Shown piece after piece: positions 23,815-36,579 of a stretch of 64,000 nt of DNA. The DNA comes from the human T2T-CHM13v2.0 reference genome, Homo sapiens, in NCBI RefSeq assembly GCF_009914755.1, contig NC_060933.1. The stretch is one strand, 5' to 3'. The translations under genes were made by a program, and so were the position numbers. Numbering within the stretch: the stretch's first letter is position 1; every line of letters starts with the position of its first letter. Below the pieces are notes generated by a model, which saw nothing but the letters and a program-made list of their open reading frames with translations, was not told the origin of the DNA and did no database searches.

Positions 23815-24420
23815 TAGTTCCTTGAAGCCCTCTTTCTTGTTGATTGATTATGACTTTTTTCGGCTTAGGTGAGACAGAAAGACAGAAGCAGACTATAGGT
23901 GTAGTGGATTTCCTTTCACTAAACTGGGCTGAAGTTTCAGAATTGCCCCCTAGTGATGCCCTTCATCCTGGAAATTAGTCTGTGTTAGAGAGAAGGGTCT
24001 GGAAGTCTTCCTGATAGCTACTCATCCCTTCCCCCATCAGGGCCATGCAGGAGCTTTTTCAGATCCTCCAATATAATGTTGGTGGTGTTCCTTTAGGAAA
24101 AGCTTGTGAGAATGTAGGGACGGCATTTGATGGCTGCCTTTAGGAGCTTCTTTCCCTCTGCAGTTCATAGGCAGCACCAGCAATTCTTCATCCTTACTAG
24201 CTAAGTGATGATTGACTGGCTATTTCTGCTCCAGGTAAACAGGTCTCAGGTGCTTCATATCTCTGAATGTGCCTGACTCCAGATTTTGGGAACGCAGTTT
24301 GCCCTGAGACCTCAGTTCTCTGACAGACCAAGAGAAGTCCCCAGTTTTCAGTTTGATTAGCTTTTGTCTATAGTAATGACTTTCAACCACGTCACATGTT
24401 GAAGCTGAAACCTGAGGTCC

Positions 24421-24800
24421 TCAGACTCACAGATATTAATTTTATTCTTTGGGTTACACTATTTATTTTGATGCTCAAATTGTTTTAGTTTTGGTCATTG
24501 TGAGCTCTTCTTAAATCTAGCCCTTGTTTTGTTTTAACATGCCTCCCTTTTTTCTTCAACAGTGAGAGATCTGACTCTCATTATCTACAATTTATTTATA
24601 TATTTGTTCAAGTCTAGTATACATATAAAGCAGTTTGAGAATATCTGTCCCACATATATGTGAAACAAATTTACCAGCTAGACTACAGTGTTTCTGTATG
24701 GCTCTTTGTGTCTTTCTCAAGTCTTACATTACCAGGCGAAACACAGTTTTCCAGAGTTATTTAGGTTAACTCTTCTCCACTCACTTCAGTGTGATTTCCA
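24421..24800 (-). mobile_element. L1MC4-type, second part (continues from about 21085)
   Basis: TTTTATTCTTTGGGTTA...TTTTGATGCTCAAATTGTT...TTTGGTCATTGTGAGCTC continues the L1MC4-like sequence broken at about 21085. Confidence 0.65.
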
Positions 24801-25534
24801 GTGATTTCTGTAGGCCTATTTTCAAGTATATGGAGTCTTTCCTTGACTCTGTCTAGCTCACCACTAAGTCCTTTGAAGTCATTCTTCCTCTCTGTCACTG
24901 TGTTTTGTATTTTTAGTGTTTCTATATTTTTCCTATAATTTCTGTATCTTTATTAAATGTAACTACCTGTCATGCATGTTGTTTATTTTTTCCTTTAGAG
25001 CCTTTAACATATTAATTATAGTAGTTTCAGATCCCTCTCATATAGTCTCAACGCTGTCATAACTGAGTTTAGTTCTGATAATTGCTCAGTTTCTTAGTAC
25101 TGTCTTATTTTTCTTGACTTTTTTTAATGCTTCCTAATGTATTCTTAAAAGGTGAACATCTTGTATAGAACATGAGAGAGTGAAGTAAATAGTTTATATG
25201 CCTGGGAATGGGCATGCCTTTCTTCCTGCTAAGACCCTAGTGTGTGGGGATTGAGAAAAATTAATCTGTTAAACCTGGTTTGGGGTTTGTTGTTGCTTTA
25301 GTTAACTTTGGTGTCCTACAGCTTCAAAATTCTAGTGATACTTTATGTTTAGGGTAGGGGTTCTCAGAAGGCATTTTATTTATTTACTTTGCTTTTTTTT
25401 TTTTTAAATCCAGATCCTTCACTAGGCTTTTTATTTTCATATCTGCTCCTTCCTTGTCTTTTGGTCTTCCCTCTTTGCTTGGCCTCAGGGAGGATTTGTA
25501 TTTTGCAAATTACTTATTACCTGATGCTGCTTCT

Positions 25535-25856
<322 letters not shown>

Positions 25857-25879
25857 CACTTGATGCTTCTTATTTTGGG

Positions 25880-25880
25880 A

Positions 25881-25911
<31 letters not shown>

Positions 25912-25968
25912 GAGAGAGAGAGAGAAAGAGAGAGAGAAAAAAGAGAGAGAGAAAAAAGAAAGAGAGAG
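25880..25968. repeat. (GA)n purine tract
   Basis: Directly visible. Confidence 0.95.
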
Positions 25969-26634
25969 TTGTGTGTGTTTGGTGGGAAGGAGTAGGGTTG
26001 CTATGGGTTGCTATTGTTCTAATTAAGTCTGTGTATTAGGCATTATTTTCCTTTTTGCCAATGATGTAGGTTGCACAGCAATTCTGAGTCCAGTACATAT
26101 TTATGTTAACCCTTTCCAGAGTTGAGATTTTGTTTCTCCAGTTTTCTTCCCCTGGCTGCAGTGAGTTTTCACCAGTGCTCTAAGAGCCCCAATGTATGCT
26201 GACATTCTTCTAATAGGTTAAGATTTCAGCTTGGTTAGGGAAGATAGAGAAGAAATGTCTCAGATGAGATTTGAGATGGCCCCTTCCCCATAATGGCTTC
26301 TGTTTTTTCTGCCAGTTTTGCGACACAAAGAAAATTCCTAGGAGTCTACCAAAATTTTCCAATCATCCTCAGTTGGCAGACTCCCCAGGTTTGGGTCCCC
26401 AGGGACTTTGCTTTCTCTTGCCAGGGTACACATTCACCATCCATAAATTTGCTATAGCCCTGGCTGAACCCTTCTTGTTTTCCAGCTGTATTTTGCCCTA
26501 GTAAAGCCCCTGCTTGTGCCATGTGTTTCCCTGCAGGCTCTAGATTTTTCTTAGATGTTTAGACCAAATGTCTGTGCTATTGCTTCAGCACTCCAACTTT
26601 GAGTTCTAGAAAAGTTGTGAACTTGCCGTTTTGT

Positions 26635-26710
26635 GTTTACCTTTCCATATCACTGTGAATTTTGAACCATATAAATGTATTTCTTACTCATAAATTTTAA
26701 AAAGAAAGAA
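26635..26710 (+). mobile_element. L1ME3/4 terminal 3' end (completes the 19760-20285 element)
   Basis: GAATTTTGAACCATATAAATGTATTTCTTACTCATAAA + A-rich tail resembles the L1ME4-type terminus. Confidence 0.6.
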
Positions 26711-27782
26711 ATATAGAGCAAAATGGTATCTACTAAAACTTTTGCATGTGAGAAGTGTTCTGTTCAAAGAGGCATAGTAAAAATAGTTCTTGATAGGTTG
26801 TTAATATATGTACCTTTTTGTTTAACTATATGGGAAAAGCTAATACTAAAATTTCCATGATTAAACTTAAACTCTAAAAACCTTCCTTTTTCTAAAAATA
26901 AAAATAATAAATAATTGGAAGAGTGCACATTCAGATTAAAAGGGATGCAGCAATACAATTGTTTCCGAGTGCTAATGGAATTTAATGATGCCCTTTGCTT
27001 TCAAAATTTGAATTAAGCTGCACTTCTGTACTAAAACTTCATTTTTATTTATGACATAGTTATGCACTAATAGCCTTCCTACCTTTGGTAGTGCTCTTAT
27101 GTATCTGGCCATATACATTGTTGTCTATTTTTCCATTTTTATTACTTCAAAGATTATTTCATTGGACTTTGTTTTTATTTATAACAACTTTTCTTTCCTT
27201 CTAGAAATTTATTCTCCTTATATACATTCCTACACACATGTGGATGCTTTTATTGAAACCAGTTCATAGGTATGTTTGTATAATCTTTATACACATAAAA
27301 TATATTTTTTTCTCATGATACATTTTAGCCATTCTAAAATTATCCTTTATCTTTTATATATTCTACATATTTCATATGTAAAACTTATGTTTTTATGTAT
27401 ATGTAATATATGCATATCTTTTAATAAAATGTATTATGCATACAACTTCATAGTTGATCCTATAACTTGCAGAGTCTCTGGTTTTACAAATAAGAAATGT
27501 AAATAAACAATGCTAGGCATAAAGGAAGTGCTTAGTTTCCCATTTACCCATTGGATTGGTTGAGAGCTAGAATTAGAATGTAAACATTCAATAACAGACT
27601 TTTCTGCAGCTTTCTTCTTCACAGGGACGAAGTGACATGTACCTTGAAAAGTATCCTCCTCTCAGATATACCTATGACCTTCTGGCATAGACTAAAGTAT
27701 TTAATTTGGAAGGAAATAATTTTTGTTAGCATTTGCCACATCCAGAATCCTTTTATGTACCGAGATAAATTTTTGCCATTAC

Positions 27783-28077
<295 letters not shown>

Positions 28078-28080
28078 TAA

Positions 28081-28135
28081 TTTTTGCCATTACTTTTAAT
28101 GAGAAAAACTGCAATAACTTTTGCATCAGCCTAAT
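28081..28135. mobile_element. MADE1 (Hsmar1 MITE), partial
   Basis: TTTTTGCCATTACTTTTAATGAGAAAAACTGCAATAACTTTTGCATCAGCCTAATA matches the right two-thirds of MADE1. Confidence 0.85.
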
Positions 28136-28932
28136 AAATAAAGGCTCAGGATAGAATAATTACCAGTCCTTGGCTGCCAAGAGCTTAGTCTTCAAGAGAA
28201 CCAAGCTTACAATAGCCAAGACTTTAATCAGACCTGTTGATGATTTACTGAATGCACAAATTGCCTAGAGTACTGCGAGATTCCTTTCAATGGACTGAAG
28301 ACACTGTATTCTTTGGCAGTTAAGAGTTGGTGAAATTTGCATTCTTTTCACTATGAAGGGGAGCCTATCTATTTCTAGATGCCACGGATCACTCTGGTTT
28401 CATTCACCCTGGCTCTCAGACATAGACATAGACCAGTCACAGAACTCACTAAATGATGAGTAAACAGCCATCTAGAGCCTTTCAAGATGGGATTTCTTTT
28501 CTTCCAAGCTAGGAACTCATACTTAAACTTAGTGTAAAGAGAAAATTTAAAAAAACGAGCATTTAGCTTGATCAAATACTTATATTTTATGAGGTATAAT
28601 ACAACAACAACAACAAAAACAGAAGGCATATTCACAGAGGGGTAGAAAGAGGACAAAACCAGCTCAAAGGTGTCAAGAAAGAAAAAATACTAATTAGAAA
28701 ACAATATTTAGTATTGCAAATAGAGCAGAAGGGTTGGAATAGAAAATAATGAAGTATTAAAAAGGGCCTCTACATTTTACTGAGTTGGTATATATTCCAA
28801 ATCTTAAATGAGAGTATAGAGGGTTTTTTTTCCAATTAAATGAAAGGGTTGAAAGTGCAGTTATCTTAGGGTGAATATGGTCAAATGTATTTTTTTTTTC
28901 ACAGTAAAAAAATATGAGAAACATTAGAATGG

Positions 28933-29080
28933 AGAGGCAGTATTGGTTAGAGATACAAACTTTGAATCCATGCTGCCTGAGTTAAACATCCACAAGCTGT
29001 GTGATCTTAGGATTAGGTTATTAAGCTTCTCTGCCATTCAGTCTTCTCATTTCTTACTTGAGAATCATAAAAATATCAAA
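28933..29080 (+). mobile_element. MIR fragment
   Basis: GAGGCAGTAT..TGGTTAGAG..ACTTTGAATCCA..TGCCTGAGTT..AGCTGTGTGATCTTAG..CAGTCTTCTCAT. Confidence 0.7.
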
Positions 29081-29280
29081 GTAGAACTATGTAGGATTTA
29101 AAGTAGAAACATACCTATGTAAAAAGAAGAAATCATAAAGTGTAGAAAGATAGGTATAAACCAAAAACTAAGTGGCCTCCAACAAAATTTCTAAGATCCT
29201 TTAAAAAGATTTTAAAAACAGCCATTCTTTAAATGAATCAAAAAGAGGAAATGGACTAGTAGTGGTGCAGAGGATACATG

Positions 29281-29966
29281 CAGTAGTTTCCCTTGTCCAT
29301 GGTTTTGGTTTCAGTGGTTTTAGTTACCCATAGTCAACCATGGGCCAAAAATACTAAATGGAAAATTCCAGAAGTAAACAATTCATAGGTTTTAAATTGC
29401 TTGCCATTCAGAGTAGTCTGATGAAATCTCATGCCAGCCACTTTGTCCTGTGAATCATCCTTTTGTCCAACATAGCCACACTGTGATGCTCTCCTGCCCT
29501 TTAGTCACGTAGTAGCCAACTCAGTTATCAGATTGCCTGTCATGGTATCTCTGTGCTTGGGTTCAAGTCACTCTTATTTTACTCAGTAAGGACCCCAAAG
29601 CACAAGAGTAGTTTGGCTATGCCAAAGAAAAGCCATAAAGTGCTTCCTTTAAATGAAAAGGAGAAAGTTCTCAAAAAGGAAAAAAAATGCTAAAATCTGC
29701 AGGAAGAACTAATCTATCTATGAAATTGTGAAGAAAAAGGAAATTCATGCTAGTTTTGCAGTCCTGCCCCAAATTGCAAAAGTTGCGACTACAGTGCGTA
29801 ATGAGTGCTTGCTTAAGATAAAAAAAACAAAGTCATTAGATTTGTGGGTGGAAGACATAAACGGAATCATATTCTGATTGAGGGCAATTAGGGTGGTTCC
29901 ACTAGTGGCTTCAGGCATCTGTGGGAGTCTTAGCATGTATTCCCTGATCATAAGGGAGAACTACTG
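29281..29966 (+). mobile_element. MER44C/D-type (Tigger7-derived) DNA transposon
   Basis: CAGTAGTTTCCCTTGTCC...TAAGGGAGAACTACTG TIRs; retains transposase N-terminal remnant (ATGCCAAAGAAAAGCCATAAAGTGCTTCCTTTA). Confidence 0.9.
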
Positions 29967-30369
29967 TGGTTGAGTTCAATAGACTGTAACTGCGGGTGAA
30001 CTTGTGTACCCACAGTACAATAAAGACATGGTTTCTGTCTTCAAAGAGACAGGAATAAGAGTGAGACCCTGAGAAGGTCTCTCATTTGTTTAAGGTTTTT
30101 CAGAGAGTAAGAGGCTGAATTGATTTGGGGACAGAATTCTCTGGTTCCAAAGTTTTTTCCAGAACTCCCACAACCCTCTGAGACTGAACAGGACTCTTCC
30201 AGATGGGCCTACTGAACACTCATCTAAGCAATCAGCCAATTAAGGAAAGTCTACAAGGGTTTTGCAAAAGGAAATAATGCATCAGGTGTTTGGAGGGTGT
30301 AAAATATGTATATGTATAAAGCAGAAGTAGTGAGATGTTTAAAAGTCTTTTAATAGATACCATAGCAAG

Positions 30370-30995
30370 AAAAGAAAATGCTTTTTATAAAACTGAATTT
30401 TTTATGGTAGAATTTCAACTTATAAATGTAGGAAAAATGATGGAATTAGAAAACTGCCACTTGACAACCATATGAATGATAATTGTTTCAGGAAGAATCA
30501 TCAATGGATGCTAAAACTAATTGGTGAAAATATAATGAGAAAAAGGATATTTACACAGATCTTCCCTCACAAGATATCATAACTAATTATTGTAGTGGAA
30601 ATCTTTGTATACGCTGCTTCATTCAAGGGAGTACAATTGATATTAACAGCAATGGGATAAACAGACCCCATGATGTGATGCACTGAGGACACAAAATCCC
30701 TTCTGTGATGCTCCTGCCAAACTCCATAAGTGTAATGATGAGGAAACAACAGGCAAACCCTAACCAAGCGACATTCTACAAAATAACATATCAGTACCTT
30801 CAAAAATGTCATCAAGGACAAGGAAAAACTGAGGAATAGGAATTGTTCCAGATTAAAAGTGACTAAAGTGACATGACAAATAAATGCAACTTGTAATAAA
30901 GGTTTGAATCCCTGGACAAGAAAAGAAGTTTTGTTTTTCCGTAGAAGGATGTCAAAGGAAAAATTGACAAAATTCAAAATTCAAATAAAGTCTCT
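30370..30995 (+). mobile_element. L1MC4/5-type 3' region
   Basis: TGATGTGATGCACTGAGGACACA, GACATTCTACAAAATAAC, TTCCAGATTAAAAG..GACATGACAAATAAATGCAAC. Confidence 0.8.
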
Positions 30996-31409
30996 ATGTA
31001 AGGACAAAAACTGGGAATAATAATAGTATCTATATCAGTACCATTGTAAAGATTATATGATAAAACATATTATCAATAAGTGTTTGTGTTAACAGGTCAT
31101 ATACATGATACCCTCAGGGTAATATGTCCCATGGAATTAAAAATTTGGGTAACAGAATCATATATGATATATTACATAATATCTCTCATGATTTCTGGGA
31201 AGCCCACATAAATATGAGGCAAATTAGATTAGCTTTCATACAAAATAGAATAAAGAATATAAATAGCTTCATATGAGTTTCATTTCAGGTGTTAGTGACA
31301 AAAAAGATCTGGTCAGGAGAGGATTTTACTACCAACTGAAATTCCACACACATATACACACAATTTCAGTCTTCAGAAATTTTTGGCACATGATTTGTCT
31401 ATGAAAGGG

Positions 31410-31455
31410 GTGATGATGATGATGATGATGATGATGATGGTAATGATAATGATGA
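31410..31455. repeat. (GAT)n microsatellite
   Basis: Directly visible; further GAT units flank the adjacent Alu. Confidence 0.95.
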
Positions 31456-31481
31456 CTATTTGTCCATAAAAGATGATGATG

Positions 31482-31796
<315 letters not shown>

Positions 31797-32409
31797 TCAC
31801 CATCATTGTCATCATCTTAAGCTAGATCTGAAGGGTCAACATCAGGTGCTAAGTTTACTCTTGACAAGTGGAAGAGCTATTTCTTACTTAGACACTTGGA
31901 AGCATTTTGAGCAGTCACCGATGCACAGAACCCTTCTTTTTGTATTTTCTTATCCTGTAGTAAGATCTCTCATACGAGGTTAATAATTATTTGTAATAGA
32001 AGCATCTTTTATTACAGATTTTAAAGGGAATATGTGTAAATTTCTTTGCTAGATGTATACACATAATATAGCAGAGTAATTTTCCTGTTAAAAGTACCAG
32101 AAAACCTGATGAAAATTCAGTGTATTAGTTAATTTATCTTGTATGAGTCACAAAATATTCATTCAAATACCTTTTTTCTACTAGTGGCTTTATATGTTTG
32201 ATAAGCTACACAGGATGTCAGAGTTTTCTGTGTAAGAAACTAAGCAAAGATTTTTATAGCAGGACTTTAATGAAATACAAAATGGAAATGAATACATTGA
32301 TGTATAAGTATTGCATATGTATATGTGTGTATTCCTCCCTGATAGTGTAAACTTTTTTAGCACCTATAAGATTAATAAAGTGCAGGAAGACATTTATTAT
32401 TCATTAGCT

Positions 32410-32584
32410 TATTTACTCATTAATTCAACAAGTACTTGTTGAGCATCTACTCAACCTGTGTCAGGTGTAGTTTCGGTGCAGAGAATATAGCAGCAAAGAG
32501 ACACTGTTACTGATTTCATAAAACTTATATTCTAGTGGAGAAGGACATAAGTAAACAGGCAAATGAATTATATAACTTTAGGTG
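32410..32584 (-). mobile_element. L2 3' end
   Basis: TTCAACAAGTACTTGTTGAGCATCTAC...GTGTCAGG...CTTATATTCTAGTGG. Confidence 0.8.
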
Positions 32585-33046
32585 TGTCAAGAAACAAAAT
32601 TACAACAAATTTAGTTAAAGATTGAGTTGCCTTTTATTCACAATTCATGAATTGAAGTAGCCTCCATTTTGCTAAATAGAATGAGAGCATCCACTGGGAA
32701 ATGGCTGAAGCGTGGTTTTTTTTGTTAAGAGGTAACAAGGAAGCAAAATAGAAAAAAAAGCTGATTGGTTAGCATCAGCTTACTTTAGCTTACTTATAGG
32801 CATTAAAGCAGAGGGAACTTCTTTATTATGCTGACTCAGGTACAGTGGGCACTCTGATGGGTTGTTGGGAATCTTCTATTTTCAAGAAAAATTGGTGAGT
32901 TTGGGAATCTACCTGGTAATTTAATGTTTCAATTTGATTATGTGTCACTTAGCATGAGTGCCTCCATTTTGGTTTAGTATGATCTGTTAGGGTCTAGTTC
33001 AGGAGCTCAGTCTAAAACAAATGCTTCCCATAAATTATTTTTATCA
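32585..33046 (-). mobile_element. ERV1 solo LTR (MER67-like)
   Basis: TG...CA termini, 4-bp flanks GGTG/AGTG; antisense poly(A) signal TTTATT near left end; CTCCATTTTGGTT motif. Confidence 0.7.
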
Positions 33047-33060
33047 AGTGCTGATAATTT

Positions 33061-33885
33061 TCTGAAAAAACAAACTGTTTTTTCTTCTATACTCACACAC
33101 TTCTATGCTTCACCTTAGATCACCAAAATGTGTGATGTATTTTCCCCCACACCAGTCAATTCTCTAACACCAGTTGGTGGTCCTACAATTCAATTCAATT
33201 CTAACACTATCTTCCTGGAATTACCATCAGATCTTACAAGTAAAAGGGCTCAGTCCCACAAGACTGGACCCACTTTAGATGCCAGTCACAAGTCAGGGTC
33301 TCCTATGCTTCTGACCAACTGGCTACAAATTGGGGGTTCCCACAACCATACTTCGGGTTTAATAATCTGCTAGAATGGCTTACAGAACTCAGGAAAACAC
33401 TTTACTCATGTTTGTCAGCTTGTTATAACAGATATTTTAAAGAATCCAGAGGAACAGCTCGATGAAGGGGTACATAGGGTAAGGTCTGGAGGGGTCCCCA
33501 GCACAGGGGTATGAGTCCCTGTGGAGGTGGGGAGCGCCACTCTCCAAGAATGTGGATACCTTCACCAATCCAAAAGCTCATCAAATCTCTTTGTTCAAGA
33601 ATTTTACAGCTTTACCACCAGCAGCTTTCTGGGAAGTAAGTGAATAGGGATAAAAAGTATAGGATTCTGATCACTTCACTTGTCTTTCTGGTGAGCAGCC
33701 CCAATCTGATGCTCTCTATGGGCCCCATCCTAAGCCACCTCATTAGCAAAACGTCATGTGTGATCCAGAGGGCTTCATGATGAATAACAAAAGACAATCC
33801 TGTGACTCAGGAAATTCCAAGGGTTTCAGAACCTTAATGCCTGAAACTGGAGACAAAAACCAAATATATTTCTTATTATACCACA
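33061..33885 (-). mobile_element. MER21-family solo LTR
   Basis: ACAATTCAATTCAATTCT, GGGCTCAGTCCCACAAGACTG, CAGAACTCAGGAAAACACTTTAC, ends TATTATACCACA; TSD AATTT both sides. Confidence 0.9.
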
Positions 33886-34149
33886 AATTTCAATGAGGAA
33901 AAATAAGTTAGGTAAAAAAAATGAGACATGAAATAAATTGTGTTAACTATGTGGTTTTGCTGCTTAGATGTCTTCTTATGAGGGGTTGAGGTGAAATTAC
34001 TCAGGGTTTGCAGTAATATCTTAGAGAGTTCTATAGTGGCCTAAAAAGCCAGGTCCTAAGACAGAGGACATTGAAACATAAGGAAAAAAAGTGCTTACGT
34101 CAAGTATATTGTCATAGTGATGAAAAAAGTCTAAGTTCTCCCATCCCTC

Positions 34150-34152
<3 letters not shown>

Positions 34153-34188
<36 letters not shown>

Positions 34189-34195
34189 ACACACA
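34153..34195. repeat. (CA)n microsatellite
   Basis: Directly visible, about 21 units with one interruption. Confidence 0.97.
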
Positions 34196-35585
34196 TTTTT
34201 AAAAAAATTTTTATGAATCACATGTATAAAGTTACCAATAACAATATACATACCAGTGGTTAGATTCATTGAGATTTCTTCTAGAGATTTACAAAGTACT
34301 ATGCATGATAAATAGGAGATCTGGTTTTTAACTTTATTAATTAGAATTTTTAAGTTAATATATTTTCAAAATGTAAAGGTCAAACATAAACTAATGAAAA
34401 AATAAAACCGTACAAAACTGAATGAACACCTATTGAACAACTAATTTATTTTAGACACTGAGTAAAGCATGTTTTTATATATTATCTCAGTTAATGTAAA
34501 TAACAAAAAAAAGGTACATAGTGACAAATGTGCATTTTTATGAATCTAAACATTTCTTCCATTTTGTGGTTTTCAATAATAAAATGCAGGCAAACTCTGA
34601 ATATTTGTAAGTGATCTTTATCTCCAGAAATGTATCCTGCTGGCGGAGAGAACCATGGGATACAATTCCTAGTCCTAGGGCTTGCGACCGCTTTTAAGTT
34701 CTCACACACTTTTCCTTTGTACTGAATCTTATTTTTTATTGAATAAAAACACATTTTATCTTGAAAAACCTGAGGTTAAAGAAAAAAAAAAAAGAGATAA
34801 CATACAGTATCAATAGGAAGGGTGGAGAATGAAAAATTCATTGCAAATCTTTAGCATTATCTTGGACACATTTCTGTAATCATATAAACCCCCAAGACAG
34901 ATATAAAGACTGGATCAGATCGGGATATAATGTGCTGAATTTTGGTTGCAGAAATAAGGGGTAAAATATTTGTCTCCATGGGGACAGATCCATTACTGCA
35001 CTTTTCAAAATGTCAAGGTTACATTTGAAAAGTAGTTGCAATTTTCTTCCATTTTATAAAGATAATTCACTGTTTGTACTTCACACATAAAAATGTGTGA
35101 CTTAATGAAAATTTGTCTTCACAGTGTTAGGATAATAATCCCAACCTAACATACCTTAAAGTATAGTGTATTTTTTCAAATCTCTGGGAAAGAAAAAACA
35201 GCACCATTAATGATTTAGTAACATTTTGTCATTTTGACCACCTCCTCACTTTTGAGGAAGGATACATTGTCGAATAAGAAATCTGTTTTGGTAATGTGAA
35301 TCCATAGAAAAAAAAAAACAGCATTTTTCCATATATTTGCCTTTAATGTTACAGAAAACATTTTTTTGTTTTTCATTTTTTATGTCAAAATATAACCAAA
35401 AAAATTGTTATCAGTCTACCTCTACTAAGTTTAATTTGACTAGACAAAAAAGTACACATTTGTGTGTATTTGTAAATTCTGTTAATATATGTAATGGTAG
35501 TAGAGCTAAACATTGTAACCTATCTTTAAAACTATTAAGTTACCAAAATTTATTGTGGTGCAAATGTTAAAAACTCTAGCAATAA

Positions 35586-35774
<189 letters not shown>

Positions 35775-36229
35775 TAGTAATGTTTTAAGAGTTGAAATGG
35801 TAAATACAAAATAAAATTATCATGTGTGAAAAAAATTTTTTAATTTCAATTCATTTATTAGAAACCTTAATACAACAGATTTTTTATAAGTTGGTCCATT
35901 TAAAGAAAGTCTAGCAGATGGTCAGTTGTAAAAACTTAAGAAGTAGAAGCATTAAACTAAAATTTTCATCACCTTGCTGGGGATTGAGAAGGTGTATGGA
36001 CAAAATTTTCATCATTTTGCAGATGCCAATAAGTTATTTGTCTTTACAACAGGAAACTCTTTATAGTTCACATGACATTTGCATGCAAAACAGCACGTCA
36101 AATATGGCCTTCTCTCACAGAAATTAAGCAGTGTAGTAAACCTCCATGAAGAAATACTTAACAACATAAAATCTCACTAAGAAATATTTAGAATCAACTA
36201 AATTGTACAATATATCTTCTTTGTGTTAA

Positions 36230-36436
36230 AACCCAGGCATTTTTGCATGGGCTGTCTTATGCAATGTTCACAATAACTTTATGGAGTAATTATTCAGTTT
36301 TAAAGATGAGGAGATGAGACTTACAGAAACTAAGGAATTTACTCAGAATCACTTAGCTAGTTGAAGGTAGATGTGAACTTCAAATGAAGCTCTTTTACCC
36401 CAACTCTAGTGCTGTTTACACTACCTATGCTGACTC
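36230..36436 (-). mobile_element. MIR
   Basis: CAGTTTTAAAGATGAGGAGATGAGAC..AGAATCACTTAGCTAGT. Confidence 0.8.
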
Positions 36437-36484
36437 AACATATAAGTTTTGCTTTATTTGGACATCTCAAGAAATCTTTTATAT

Positions 36485-36555
36485 ACTCAGTAAATATTTA
36501 CTAAGTACCTAATATGGCTTAAGCTCCGTGTTACATAGTGGAAATATAACAGTTA
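36485..36555 (-). mobile_element. L2 3' terminal fragment
   Basis: ACTCAGTAAATATTTACTAAGTACCTAATATG. Confidence 0.65.
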
Positions 36556-36579
36556 CCTTCACTGAACCTAACCATATTT

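Larger units (their letters stand above)
21085..24420 (-). mobile_element. L1MD/L1M4-type 5' half (5' UTR + ORF1 + inter-ORF), interrupted by FLAM, 5S fragment and MER44
   Basis: Antisense ORF1 region (CATGAGAAGTCT..GTAAT; TTCTCAGTCATTATTTCT) and 5' UTR (GTTTGCCCTGAGACCTCAGTTCTCTGA...AAACCTGAGGTC). Confidence 0.75.

Noticed and set aside
34625-34700. Short CpG-containing patch with GCCAGCAGG (CTCF-like) on the minus strand
   Set aside because: The GGC half of the motif is missing; far too few CpGs for an island or promoter call
36077-36440. Octamer palindrome TTTGCATGCAAA (36078) and MARE-like TGCTGACTCAACA (36428)
   Set aside because: Isolated short motifs expected by chance in 64 kb, with no supporting cluster
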